Assembly: GCA_965116925.1 (NCBI GenBank)
Contig: OZ220744.1
Location: 6,240,001-6,304,000 of the forward strand
From: Candidatus Poribacteria bacterium
Lineage (GTDB): Bacteria > Poribacteria > WGA-4E > PCPOR2b
Reading direction: 5' to 3'
Length of the DNA stretch: 64,000 bases
Position 1 is the stretch's first letter; each line of letters opens with the position of its first letter. Position numbers and translations under genes: made by a program. Shown here one piece after another: positions 30,901 to 40,425 of this stretch. The notes beneath the pieces are model-generated. The model saw nothing but the letters and a program-made list of their open reading frames with translations. It ran no database searches and was not told where the DNA came from.

Positions 30901-33900
30901 AGATTGCGCGAAGTCACACGGGGATGGCTCTCTAATCCCCTGCCGATCCAACTCCATCCGCCGTCCGAATTTTGCGTTGTCACAAGCCTGCCAACATGCG
31001 TTCGTGCCCTCGCAAGCAATTCACGATTATCGGTGGCGCGCCCGCCCACCTTTTTCACGTAGTCGAGTGCGTGGGCAAGGGCAAGCAGGTCGCTTCCGCT
31101 GTCGCCGGGCATCTGCACCGTCGATCCGATAGCGATGTTTCGGCCCCATTGAGGATGGTGGTTCATAGCAAGGTCAAAAATCAACCGCGAGACGTTTGGT
31201 CCAATGCTAACGGTGAGCCCCTTCCGCGTGTAGCGTTGATCGGCTGGGAGTTCAACGTAAACGGTCCTGTCTCCACTCGCCGTGCCGCTCTGCGTATCGG
31301 CGTATTCTACCCCCCATGGACGAATGGGGACTTCACGCTGTATTCCATCGCGCATTGTTCCCGCTGTCGCGGTCGCTTCGATGATGAGCCGGTCTCCGGC
31401 AGGGACGGTGGTCGCATCAAAGATAAGCTCGGTTGTGTCCTGTCCCTTTATTGTGAGTTGTTCATGGTGGCGCAGTGAATGACGCGCCCCATCAATGGTG
31501 AGAGTGAGTTGAACTTCGGCAGCTCCCTCAAAATCGGTCAGATTGTGAAGACGGACATGTGCTCGAATCTTATCCCCTTCGGTGACAATCGAAGGAGCTT
31601 GAATATCTAGGAAAAAGTCCTTTCGGGTCACAGTCTGCACACGAACCTCGCCTACTAGTGTATCGACGGTAGCACCCCGTCCTGTCAGCCGCCACTTCGT
31701 GGTCTTCTCCGGCATCGGGATGGTCACGGTTGCCATACCCGCATCGTCCGTGATGACCGCGCCAGTCCAATGTCCAGCGGCTGTAATCTCTTCGCGCGCA
31801 CGCCCCGGATCGGGTTCAAGCGAGTCATTAACTGCACCTATACGAGCTGCCTCCACAGCCTCAACTCTTATTGATCTTCTGACAGTAGTTTTCCCAGCAT
31901 CCGCATGTACCGCGGCGCTTAATTGGATGACATCTACTCCTACCATAGCTTTTGCTGCAAGTCGCGCTTCCTCCGCCAATATCTCTTGAATCACGCGTCG
32001 CGTCGGCGGTTCGTAGCGGAAGGTGCAGCTTGAAGCGGTCCACATCGCCGATTTGCGTTGGCTGCCTTTTTGGAAAAAATCGTTGATCGGCGTGAGTGTG
32101 TCCGGATAAATGGCGAACAGTGCTTCGTCCACGAGTGCCAACGAAAATTCCGCTTTAACGGGCTTCCCAAGTTGGTCGATAGCGCGAACCTCAATTTCAG
32201 CTGTCGCTCCCGGTTCATAAATCGGGAACGGTTCAAAGTTGTAGTCGGGGCGGGATTGCTCCTCCTTCCAACTCACCTGCAAGTTTAGTTTCCTTTCGAC
32301 AACGAAGTGTTTCTGCGTCGTGCGGAGTTGCTGACCGTCTATCGCCGCCACCGCAAGATAGAAGTTTGGAAAATGTGCATGTCCAACCGTGAACTGAAGT
32401 GGATTCATGCCCGATTTCAGTGCGAGCACTTCATAAGCGATGACCCCTTCGCCTTCAAACGTGAGTAGCGCATGGGCTTGCATCAGACGCGAGTGGATGC
32501 GAAGCGTTTCGGCAGCACCCACTTCCGTTTTCGTGCGTTCTGCGAAGATACGCAGTTTGGTTTCGTCACTCTCGTCAGAGATGCGGACGTGACCGGCACT
32601 GACGACGGATTGACCAAACCGATCCATCCCACTCGCGCGGACGATGTATGTGCCCCCTTTGGTAAGTGTCAACTGAATTGTACCGACCCCCGATGCGTTG
32701 TCCGTTTGGAGGTGGTGTTCCTGAATAGTTACTTCCGCAGGTTCTGCTGTGCCTTCACCTTCAAGCCAAGGAATCTGCGACAAGACAGGATGCGTGAGAA
32801 CGTCTCCCCGCTGTTGAACCACCTTGATCGCCAATTTCACCCCAAGCGGTTTCCCATCGGCACCGGTTGTCCGGACGGTCACGTCGAAAGGCTCGCCGGA
32901 AAGGACCAGATCGGCATCAGGTTTGACATCGATCGAAAATTCGAGGTGTGCCAGCATGACATGATCCCTGACGCTGGCGTTCTCACCCAGAATCGTTCCG
33001 CGAAAATGCAGTTGATTCCCGGGCTGCATCAACGTCGTGTCGAAAATAACTTTCAATTTCCCTTGGTCATCTGCCTCTTCAGTATAACTTCGACCATCTG
33101 GCAGATTGTATTGAATCCTCGCGTGTTTCACGGGTTGACCGTAGTAGTATTGTGCCGAAAAGGTGGCTTCAACCGGTTCGCCGCGGAAATAAACATCACG
33201 TGGAAAATCGAGCGTCAACTGTACTTTTTCGAGTTGAAATCGTTCCACCTGAAACTGCCCGATAAATGTGCGTTCCGTACCCTTCGCATCGTGTGGCGAA
33301 ACCTGAATGCGATATTCGCCAAGGGGGGCGTCCGCATCAAGTTGCATCTGGGTGTCGAATCCACCGAACTGTGAGAGGTTGACCGCTTCCTCACGGATGG
33401 GGCGGCCCTGTGCATCAATCACCGAGAGCTTATATCGCACGCCATCAGGCACGATGTAGGTTCCGTCCCTAACATCGCGAAGGATGCCGCGGATCGAAAC
33501 GGAGTCCCCCGGACGGTATGCTGGGCGGTCGGTATAAATATAGCCACGCGGCGTCAGTCCTGTGCTGAATCCAAGTCCTGCGAGGTCTAATCCATCTGCG
33601 GCGACGTGTCCGCCTTTAACAACAAACGCTGCCACCCGACTCGCATCCTTGAGGCGGTTTTCCCCTAGCGTGTCATCCGAGATAGCGTTTTTGGTCACAT
33701 GAAGCACGCCATCTGTTCCCGTGAACCCTTCAAAGATGACCTGTGAACCGTCGCTCACAAGCACTTTGGCATCGGCACCTACCTCACCCTTCAACATATC
33801 TTGCACGAAGACAAGCACCTCCCGACGTGACGTTTTGGTGATGACTTCAATGTCACTGCGGATGAGGAGCGTCGTTGATTCCAGATCTGCCTCTCCGAGT

Positions 33901-35813
33901 TGTACGGCGTAGGTGCCTGCTCCCTCAATTGGGATGTCAATATTGAGTTCAAACGGTTCATACTTCTGATAGTCTGGTACGCGGTATTCCCACGTTTTGT
34001 CCGGCGCAATGAGCGCGAGATCAAGGTCTTCAACCCCTTTCACATCGTACAGTTCGCGCCAGTAGGCTTCGAGGTTGAGTTTGTAGAGATTTACGGTAAG
34101 GGTTTCAATGTTCCGCAGCGAAACGTGTACCTCCGCTGGCTCATTCGTGCGAATCGTCCGTTCTGTCACTAGTTTCAAGTGTTTTTCCGTCAACCGACGA
34201 ATGCGCTCTTGTGCCTGCGCGTGCCACCGTCCCCATGTCAATTTTCGGTAGGCTGCGAGCGCGTTTTCAAGGTCCCCCATCTTCTCCTCGTAGGTCTGCC
34301 CAATCCGAAAGAGCGCGAGCGAGGATTCGTCACTGTTCGGAAATTTGCTGACCAGTTTTTCCCACACCGCAATCGCAGACAACGGCTCGGCGTTGTGCAG
34401 GTGAATCTGAGCGTAGATTAACATAATCTGCCGGACACGCTCATCCAATGGGTGTTTCGCCTGAAATTGATCGAGCGCACGCACCACTTCGTCATACTTT
34501 TCTTCGGCAAGGAGCGTCACCCCAAGCTGAAATTCGGCGTTGATAATCTGTTGCTGTGCATCTGTCCACTGTGGCCCGTTAGGGAACTCTCGAATGTACC
34601 GATTCCACGCTTCAATTGCATCTGTGTACTTTCGTTGGTCGAACCGTATCGCTCCAATCTGAAAAATGGCGGACATTCGCAGCCGACGATGATGTTCGGC
34701 GAACGATTCACTTGAATCTTCAGCACTCCGTGTTTCGGGTGTGACTTTGAACCCTTTATTGTCTAAAAAATCTTGATAGGCGGTAAGGGCTTCTTCGCTT
34801 CGCCCACGCTGCTGGTACGCCCCCGCAATTTCGTGCGATAGCGTCATTGATCGCCGGTCATCGGGGAAATCATCCTGAAAATACTTGGCGCGTTGCACGC
34901 CAAGTTCCAACGCCTCGTCTGAACCGGGAGCGGGGAACTGGTAGGTGCGGGTCAGCAGGAATCGTGCGTCCTTGAGTAGGGGTCGGGCTGCTATCTTTTC
35001 ATCATCAATCAACTTTATTAGATCTTCAAGCGTCAATTGCGCCGGTAGGTGCTTGCCCATAGCAAGCTGGCACTCAGCGAGGTGGTATCGCGCCTGATAG
35101 CGGTGATTTCCCGGCGGTTTATTCGTTTCCGTGCGCTGTGCCGAACCGGGTGAACGTCGAAAACCGGGGTCAAATTCAACAAGGTAAGTTTGATAGTCGT
35201 TCGCTGCCTGTTGATATCTGTCCTGTAACTGCATCATACGACCAAGCCGAAAGGTCACCATCTCGCGTAGGTCACGATCAATCTCCAGCGTCAATACCTT
35301 CCGATATAGGTTATAAGCTTTCTGATAGTTCGGTGGAGGGGCGTCTAGGGCTCCCTTTTCCGGTTTCCGTGAGAGTGCTTCGGCAAGTTCGATATAGATT
35401 TGGGCGATTTCCGATTTGCGTTCCGACGAAAGCAGTCGGTCGACCTCGGCGCTATAAATGGCTTCAGCCTGCTCAAACGCTTTGAGATTGAAATGGCACT
35501 TGGCTTGGAGGAATGTCGCTTTTCGCAGCCACACCGAATTTGGGTGCGCCGCTAAGAGTTGATCACACGCTTGAATGGCATTGGTATAATCTTCATTGTA
35601 GAATAGCGCGAGTCCCTTGAGATAGAGCAGATAATCGCGTCCCTCATCTTCCTTAGCGAGAGCAGCGTCGATCTGTGCGATGGCATCTGTGAACTGTTTT
35701 GACTGTAAAGCGAATTGGACAGGATGGTATAGGGGTTGGTCGGTGAAATCTTGCGCGATGCTTATATGGGGAATAACTAGGAGAGCGAGTGAAATCAGGG
35801 TGAATTTTTTCAT
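27939..35813 (-). CDS. Giant exported alpha-2-macroglobulin-like protein with N- and C-terminal TPR arrays and no CxEQ thioester
   Basis: Signal peptide, TPRs, MG2 motif YTDRPAYRPGD, SLALVDEA, TDDAG...MPEKTTKWR, QNSDGGWSW and PGEYRVLP; about 2620 aa. Confidence 0.85.
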   Translation of the reverse strand: MKKFTLISLALLVIPHISIAQDFTDQPLYHPVQFALQSKQFTDAIAQIDAALAKEDEGRDYLLYLKGLALFYNEDYTNAIQACDQLLAAHPNSVWLRKATFLQAKCHFNLKAFEQAEAIYSAEVDRLLSSERKSEIAQIYIELAEALSRKPEKGALDAPPPNYQKAYNLYRKVLTLEIDRDLREMVTFRLGRMMQLQDRYQQAANDYQTYLVEFDPGFRRSPGSAQRTETNKPPGNHRYQARYHLAECQLAMGKHLPAQLTLEDLIKLIDDEKIAARPLLKDARFLLTRTYQFPAPGSDEALELGVQRAKYFQDDFPDDRRSMTLSHEIAGAYQQRGRSEEALTAYQDFLDNKGFKVTPETRSAEDSSESFAEHHRRLRMSAIFQIGAIRFDQRKYTDAIEAWNRYIREFPNGPQWTDAQQQIINAEFQLGVTLLAEEKYDEVVRALDQFQAKHPLDERVRQIMLIYAQIHLHNAEPLSAIAVWEKLVSKFPNSDESSLALFRIGQTYEEKMGDLENALAAYRKLTWGRWHAQAQERIRRLTEKHLKLVTERTIRTNEPAEVHVSLRNIETLTVNLYKLNLEAYWRELYDVKGVEDLDLALIAPDKTWEYRVPDYQKYEPFELNIDIPIEGAGTYAVQLGEADLESTTLLIRSDIEVITKTSRREVLVFVQDMLKGEVGADAKVLVSDGSQVIFEGFTGTDGVLHVTKNAISDDTLGENRLKDASRVAAFVVKGGHVAADGLDLAGLGFSTGLTPRGYIYTDRPAYRPGDSVSIRGILRDVRDGTYIVPDGVRYKLSVIDAQGRPIREEAVNLSQFGGFDTQMQLDADAPLGEYRIQVSPHDAKGTERTFIGQFQVERFQLEKVQLTLDFPRDVYFRGEPVEATFSAQYYYGQPVKHARIQYNLPDGRSYTEEADDQGKLKVIFDTTLMQPGNQLHFRGTILGENASVRDHVMLAHLEFSIDVKPDADLVLSGEPFDVTVRTTGADGKPLGVKLAIKVVQQRGDVLTHPVLSQIPWLEGEGTAEPAEVTIQEHHLQTDNASGVGTIQLTLTKGGTYIVRASGMDRFGQSVVSAGHVRISDESDETKLRIFAERTKTEVGAAETLRIHSRLMQAHALLTFEGEGVIAYEVLALKSGMNPLQFTVGHAHFPNFYLAVAAIDGQQLRTTQKHFVVERKLNLQVSWKEEQSRPDYNFEPFPIYEPGATAEIEVRAIDQLGKPVKAEFSLALVDEALFAIYPDTLTPINDFFQKGSQRKSAMWTASSCTFRYEPPTRRVIQEILAEEARLAAKAMVGVDVIQLSAAVHADAGKTTVRRSIRVEAVEAARIGAVNDSLEPDPGRAREEITAAGHWTGAVITDDAGMATVTIPMPEKTTKWRLTGRGATVDTLVGEVRVQTVTRKDFFLDIQAPSIVTEGDKIRAHVRLHNLTDFEGAAEVQLTLTIDGARHSLRHHEQLTIKGQDTTELIFDATTVPAGDRLIIEATATAGTMRDGIQREVPIRPWGVEYADTQSGTASGDRTVYVELPADQRYTRKGLTVSIGPNVSRLIFDLAMNHHPQWGRNIAIGSTVQMPGDSGSDLLALAHALDYVKKVGGRATDNRELLARARTHVGRLVTTQNSDGGWSWIGRGLESHPRVTSRNLWAMDAARQAGVAVDAPTIARTTTYLKTAFAQIDQQDNDTKAVILHALSTLGEADFAYANRLYRRRNQMTDTALAYTALIFVNLERLEIAGEILNVLERRDLLSTPSPRKSGEKIFPSSPGSSQVETIALALLGLEAVRPNSPWIKQAVEYLTGQRRYDGYSPYTAKGPVVAALATYYQETQHTTNDYKLSVLVNGKALETIVVRQDSANHLIEVPISHIIDGQNSVEMRMDGRGTYTYLVTLNGFSPLIPSWVGTKLETAENWKKTQITRRYHHTPLEYEGRPIEARSTTQITQLEAGMRTDVAINISHGRDSILSHRQDKDRHLVVDEYFPAGTTVVDGSVKGDFHYYELGDGVIHLYYKPGGNVRHYTYQLISYIPGEYRVLPTVIRDAQHPGDMRLGMVASLTVLGPGEKSPDQYHMNDNEAYTLGKAYFDDGRYSDALPLLEKLHADSSYYIKKETMQMLLWMYTTKAHYDARKVVETFELSRERYPEVYIPFDKIRAVGTAYRDIGEFERATFVHRSTIESSFVNDANVSATLQDEGKFLRSLRFMEELWREYPDTATTIPAYFTLSQALYARKDEKIQENRDGKSQTVTKREILAWTAKTLYQFLTLYPMNPLADDAGFSLANVLMDVEDFEGMVQLCQLNQVRYPESDLLSSFQYMEALGFFSLHAHEQAIGAATTVASSESEDRDFARYILGQIYHVQEKPEQAIVWYNKVRKIYPDADESIAHFEAQQIALPEVTIKRPDTDVVLTLKYRNIKTAVVQVYRVDLMKLYLREKNLSQVTQAHLVGIEPAVSQTVPLGDGKDYIDKSREITLPLTEEGAYLVICRGDNLFTSGLVLITPLEIEVQEGTVSGRVRVNVRNAVAEKYQSKVHVKVVGSAAARFVSGETDLRGIFIADDLRGTATVIARDAENRYAFHRGTSWLGTPHGGAQPTRQDSRPREVTDYRRHLERKNRAIQSTNVTTFDRLRRSALSGVQMQSTY

Positions 35814-36339
35814 GGTAATCCTCCTCAAGCAATTTTGAATTTTAATAATCCGTGCCGATTGTGGGGTCGATCAGGTTGGAAACAGGGATGTAGTAGCCCC
35901 GCCCTAGGACTTAAAAAGGATGAGGATCCCTCGCCCTTAGGCTCTCGTATGTCCCTGTCCATTACAATCTCTTGAATCCTCTAACGTTCTTTATTTAAAC
36001 CGGTATGATGGTTGGCAAGGTACTCATATGTAGGGCGCGAGTTTGACCTGAACCGGTGCCGGTTACATTTCAAGCAATTTGTATGCCATTGGTTCTATCA
36101 CCGACAATACTTGCCAAGAAGAGGGCTGCCGCATCTGATTACCCTTCTGAATGTCCCAAAAAAGGCAAAACTGTCAGTCAGGGGTGTGCGCTTTGGTGCA
36201 GCAAATGAGATCTTACGAGGTTAGCAATTTTTGTAGTGAGGAAATTGAGCAGATGGTGGAAGAATAGGGGATGACCTGAAAGAGATGAGGATGGTGCGTC
36301 ATTTAAGGGACGTCAACCCTTGATGGAGTTGATAAATTC

Positions 36340-36381
36340 GTAGCGACGACTTCGCTCAGGAATGACGAAAGTCGTCACTAC
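36340..36381. repeat. GTAG-ended hairpin (REP-like, possibly a terminator for the minus-strand gene)
   Basis: GTAGCGACGACTT...AAGTCGTCACTAC. Confidence 0.55.
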
Positions 36382-36405
36382 AAAGTTGACAAAGCATCTG
36401 ACGGT

Positions 36406-36771
36406 TCAACCCCGCATAATCGACTCGACCTCTGGCAGCACCGCTTTGACCGCCGCTTGGTTGACGCCTGCGGCGACCCCGTCGTAGCTAGCCGTGCGGA
36501 TCATCTCCGCGAGGTTGCTACCGAGTTGCTCCATCGTCCAGCCAATCGAATCGGGGACGGTCGCTTTATCGAGGTGGCGTTGATCGTTTCTGCCGGATGG
36601 ATCGTAATGGTAGTGTGGGTCTTTTCGGAAGCAATCGAACCGAAGCAGTTGCACTGCCTCGCCATTGACATCGCCGTAGACGCGGACGGAAGGACCGCCG
36701 TCACCGGTTATGCTCCGGTTATCGACGTGGAGTTCGACCCCACCGACTTGGAAAACCTTTTCTTGACTCAT
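36406..36771 (-). CDS. Hypothetical protein
   Basis: AAGGAGG RBS and a motif-like segment LLRFDCFRKDPHYHY. Confidence 0.75.
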   Translation of the reverse strand: MSQEKVFQVGGVELHVDNRSITGDGGPSVRVYGDVNGEAVQLLRFDCFRKDPHYHYDPSGRNDQRHLDKATVPDSIGWTMEQLGSNLAEMIRTASYDGVAAGVNQAAVKAVLPEVESIMRG

Positions 36772-36891
36772 GGTTGAAATTCCTCCTTATCATATTGAGT
36801 TGACCACCAAATTATATCACCTTCTACAGGGTAACGCAATCACCGAAATTTTTCTTGGCACGAAAACCTTTTGATGATAGAATAGCGCAAA

Positions 36892-37044
36892 GGCTCATGT
36901 AAAAAGAAGGTGCAAAGCGCGAGGCGAAATCGTAGGGGCGGGGTCTCCCCGCCCGTGTCACATCCCGATTTATCGGGGCAGTAAGGGTTGGGGGACCCAA
37001 CTCCTACTAACATTCGGTTTCTTTGCTAAATCTTAACATGAGCG
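36892..37044. mobile_element. MITE with 8-bp target duplication enclosing a REP doublet (copy 1)
   Basis: AGCGCAAA|GGCTCATGTAAAAAGA...TCTTAACATGAGCG|AGCGCAAA; homologous to 58706-58837. Confidence 0.8.
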
Positions 37045-37143
37045 AGCGCAAATTGTTAGGTATCTTATGCAGTGGATTTGTCAATCCGCTGCGAGCGGCA
37101 ATAAACAGATAGTTTTCACGTTTCACACCACGGAGGTTATCTA

Positions 37144-38013
37144 ATGTTAGCTATCGGTATTTTCGCGCCTTACGGAACAGACCACGACCGCAACATCGCT
37201 TTTTGTCACGATACCGATGTCCATCACATCGTCTTGGGTGCTGCTGGCATCGCCGGTGAGGACTCTATTCCTTCAACTGATGCTCTGAAAGATCTTGTCG
37301 GCAAATACGCCGCTGCGGGAATTACCCTCGCCGCACTCACACCCGAACGCATCCGTCAGGCTGCCTTCTCTGACGCTGAGATCCAAAAGGAAGAGGTGGC
37401 CGCCTTCGGGCAGCTTATCCAAAATATGGGGGAAGCCGGCATCCCATACGTTCATCTCTATCTCAATGTTGATCCATTGAGTTCAGATGCCGAAAGAGAG
37501 GGGCTCTGGGGCGGCTTAATTGAGGTCTATAACCAACTCACCCAGATCGCTGAAACTGCTGGTGTCCGAATCTCTACCCATCATTTCCATGTGCCGGACC
37601 GCCTGCTCTGGAATTATGAAACGATGTCGCGGCTTCTCAGCGAAGTGAATAGCCCCGCCAATGGCGTTACGTTCTGCCAAGGTAAATCCCAGATGGCTGG
37701 CGATGATCTGGTGAAAGACATCTTAAACTACGGCGATCAGATCTTCATGTTCCACATCCGCGATGTCGTAACACAAGTTGAGGGTGACATCTCACCGGAG
37801 GTTGAAAAACGTCTGGCGGACATTGGCTATCTTGAAGTCGCCTTTGGTACAGGCGAAGTCGATATGGTCGGTTCGATCCGCGCACTCAAGCAGATCAACT
37901 ATCAAGGGCAAATCTACCCCGAACACTACCCATCTATTGCCGGAGATTCTGCCTCCGGGCTCGCTTGGACGATTGGTTATATTCGGGCTTTGGATGCAGC
38001 GGTCGAGGCGTGA
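37144..38013 (+). CDS. Xylose isomerase-like TIM barrel (mannonate dehydratase / sugar isomerase-like)
   Basis: NGVTFCQG, FHIRDV, FGTGEVDM and YPEH motifs. Confidence 0.8.
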   Translation: MLAIGIFAPYGTDHDRNIAFCHDTDVHHIVLGAAGIAGEDSIPSTDALKDLVGKYAAAGITLAALTPERIRQAAFSDAEIQKEEVAAFGQLIQNMGEAGIPYVHLYLNVDPLSSDAEREGLWGGLIEVYNQLTQIAETAGVRISTHHFHVPDRLLWNYETMSRLLSEVNSPANGVTFCQGKSQMAGDDLVKDILNYGDQIFMFHIRDVVTQVEGDISPEVEKRLADIGYLEVAFGTGEVDMVGSIRALKQINYQGQIYPEHYPSIAGDSASGLAWTIGYIRALDAAVEA

Positions 38014-38078
38014 TTCACTTCTGGTTATATTGATACACAGCTAAGGAGCGATGGTAATTGATCGTACCACGGACGCTT

Positions 38079-39467
38079 ATGGCAAAACCTCCAAATATCG
38101 TGCTGATGGGGATTGATTCTCTCCTTGCGACTCACATGAGCTGTTACGGTTACCACCGGCTCACGACACCGCATATTGATCGGTTTGCTCAGGACGGAAC
38201 GCTCTTTGAACGCACTTATAGTGCCCACATCCCGACCACCAGTGCCTATGCGTCAATGCTCACCGGCATGGATGTTTTTGGCACACAGGTGGTCGCGCTT
38301 CGGCACAAGGGCCCACTCAAATCCGAAGTCAAAACCCTCCCCGAAATCCTTCGGGAGGTCGGTTATGAGACAACCTGTGTCGGTTTCAGCGGCAACCCCA
38401 GTGCGCGTGGGTTCGATAACTACTTGGATTATTCAGGTTGGGGAAGTTGGGAAGAGCGACCCAGCCCGAAAGCGCAGAATCTCAACGAGGTTACAATCCC
38501 TGAACTTGACCGTCTCGTTGCAGGAGGCAAGCCTTTCCTCCTGTTTTTACGGCACATGGACCCACATTCCCCATACCTCCCACCGCCCCCTTACGAGCGG
38601 ATGTTCTATCACGGCGATGAATTTGATCCGGCGAACAGGTCGATGGAGCCGGTGATGGACTTTAAGCCGTTTTGTGACTATTTTGCGAGGTGGATGCCAC
38701 CCGGCGTCACAGACAAGGATTACATTATCGCCCAGTATGATGGCGCGATTGCCTATATGGACGCTTGTATCCAAACCATCTTCAACGCTCTAGAAGCACA
38801 CGGTATCTTCGATGAGACCATCGTCATCATCAACGGCGATCATGGAGAAACACTTTACGACCATGAATGCTGGTTCGACCACCATGGGATTTATGATGTC
38901 ACCCTGCATGTGCCGTTAATTATCCGCTATCCCGGCAAAGTTCCCGCCGGAAAACGGATCAGCGGCTTTAACCAACATAAAGCACTCGTACCGACTATCC
39001 TTGAATTGGCGGGGATCGAGACAGATATGGCATTTGATGGGGAGAGCTTAATGCGGTTAGTGAGGGGAGAACTCGCTTCCTACGAAAGCGAGTTTTACAT
39101 CACAGAGTGTACTTGGATGCGGAAGCACGGCTGGCGCACCCCAGAGTGGAAACTGATTATCGCCCTAGAACCGGATTTCCATTTCAAACCGCCGGTCGAA
39201 TTGTACAACCTCATTGAAGATCCCGATGAGAACAACAACCTCGCTGAAATATATCCTGATATTGTAACGGTACTCGAAACGCGAATGCAGAGATGGATTG
39301 CGAAACGTGAGGCAGAAACAGGACTCAAAAATCCAATCATGACGCAGGGAGACTGGCACGGACACGAGGGGGTAGGACATTTCAAAACCTCCCAACAGGC
39401 GTATGACACCCTACATATTGGTGAGCGGGGCGAAGCAGCGAGATGGCAAGCAGCATTGAAAAAATAA
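38079..39467 (+). CDS. Sulfatase-like alkaline-phosphatase superfamily hydrolase with an atypical active site
   Basis: PNIVLMGIDSL, DPHSPY, GDHGE and ELYNL..DPDE motifs; PTTSAYASMLTG replaces CxPxR. Confidence 0.85.
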   Translation: MAKPPNIVLMGIDSLLATHMSCYGYHRLTTPHIDRFAQDGTLFERTYSAHIPTTSAYASMLTGMDVFGTQVVALRHKGPLKSEVKTLPEILREVGYETTCVGFSGNPSARGFDNYLDYSGWGSWEERPSPKAQNLNEVTIPELDRLVAGGKPFLLFLRHMDPHSPYLPPPPYERMFYHGDEFDPANRSMEPVMDFKPFCDYFARWMPPGVTDKDYIIAQYDGAIAYMDACIQTIFNALEAHGIFDETIVIINGDHGETLYDHECWFDHHGIYDVTLHVPLIIRYPGKVPAGKRISGFNQHKALVPTILELAGIETDMAFDGESLMRLVRGELASYESEFYITECTWMRKHGWRTPEWKLIIALEPDFHFKPPVELYNLIEDPDENNNLAEIYPDIVTVLETRMQRWIAKREAETGLKNPIMTQGDWHGHEGVGHFKTSQQAYDTLHIGERGEAARWQAALKK

Positions 39468-39577
39468 TACCCATGTAAAGCTATTTTAGGACGGGACAGT
39501 TTTCACGTTTCACGCATCACGTTTTACGTTTCTAACATGAGTCTTCACTAATTTGTGCAGATAGAGGGGGCATTCCC

Positions 39578-40405
39578 ATGTACCTTACAGAACAACAACT
39601 CAACTTTTTCCATACTTTTGGATTCATCCATATTCCGCAACTATTCACGCCGGACGAGGTCACTTGGATTACAGAAGAGTTTGAGCACGTCCTCGATACC
39701 TACGGGAAAGGCGATGAACACGATGGGTCACAACGCACCATGATCGTTCCGACCATCGATCACAGCGAAAAACTCTGTACGCTGCTCGACGACCCACGCG
39801 TCGTCGGCATCGCCTCCGATATTTTGGGGGACGACTTTAACTACGCTTCCGGTGACGGCAACTACTACAGCGGAGATACCGGCTGGCATGCTGATGGCGG
39901 ATACCCTGAACTCTTTGCGATCAAAATAGCATACTATCTTGACCCGCTAACTCGAGATACCGGCTGTTTGCGCGTTATGCCGGGCAGCCATCGCCCCGAC
40001 TCCTTTTGGCGGACGGGGGATGTGGCACCGAGGGATTCTGAAGAATTATGGGGAGTTCCCCCCTCCGAGGTTCCGGGGAATGTCGCCTTAGAAACGAACC
40101 CCGGTGATCTGGCAATCTTTTATCACGATACCCTCCACGCCGCCTTTGGCGGCAGCAAGCGCCGACGTATGTTTACGATGAATCTGATTAAGCAAGGGGT
40201 AACGGAGGAAGGAATTGCGCGTGTGGATCAATATCTCCGCCATCATTGCCCTGTCGCGCACGGATTCAAAATCGGCGGCATGTACACAGACCTGATGCTA
40301 GAGACCGCTAGCCCAGAGCGGCTCCGTCATTTGGCTCAGTTGCATGAGCGTCACGCGCTAGTTCACCCGCACGACACACTCCCGCGACCATTGCCACGTC
40401 TGTGA
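39578..40405 (+). CDS. PhyH family dioxygenase
   Basis: WHAD, GCLRVMPGSH and LHAAFGGSKRRR motifs. Confidence 0.88.
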   Translation: MYLTEQQLNFFHTFGFIHIPQLFTPDEVTWITEEFEHVLDTYGKGDEHDGSQRTMIVPTIDHSEKLCTLLDDPRVVGIASDILGDDFNYASGDGNYYSGDTGWHADGGYPELFAIKIAYYLDPLTRDTGCLRVMPGSHRPDSFWRTGDVAPRDSEELWGVPPSEVPGNVALETNPGDLAIFYHDTLHAAFGGSKRRRMFTMNLIKQGVTEEGIARVDQYLRHHCPVAHGFKIGGMYTDLMLETASPERLRHLAQLHERHALVHPHDTLPRPLPRL

Positions 40406-40425
40406 TATGAGAAAGGTCAGTCACA

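Noticed and set aside
32472..33374. 300-aa plus-strand ORF and other long antisense ORFs (e.g. 20525-21322)
   Set aside because: They are shadows of well-supported genes on the opposite strand and have no motifs.
36160..36210. c-di-GMP-I riboswitch suggested by GGCAAA...GCAAA
   Set aside because: The expected GNRA-capped stem and pairing pattern could not be built.
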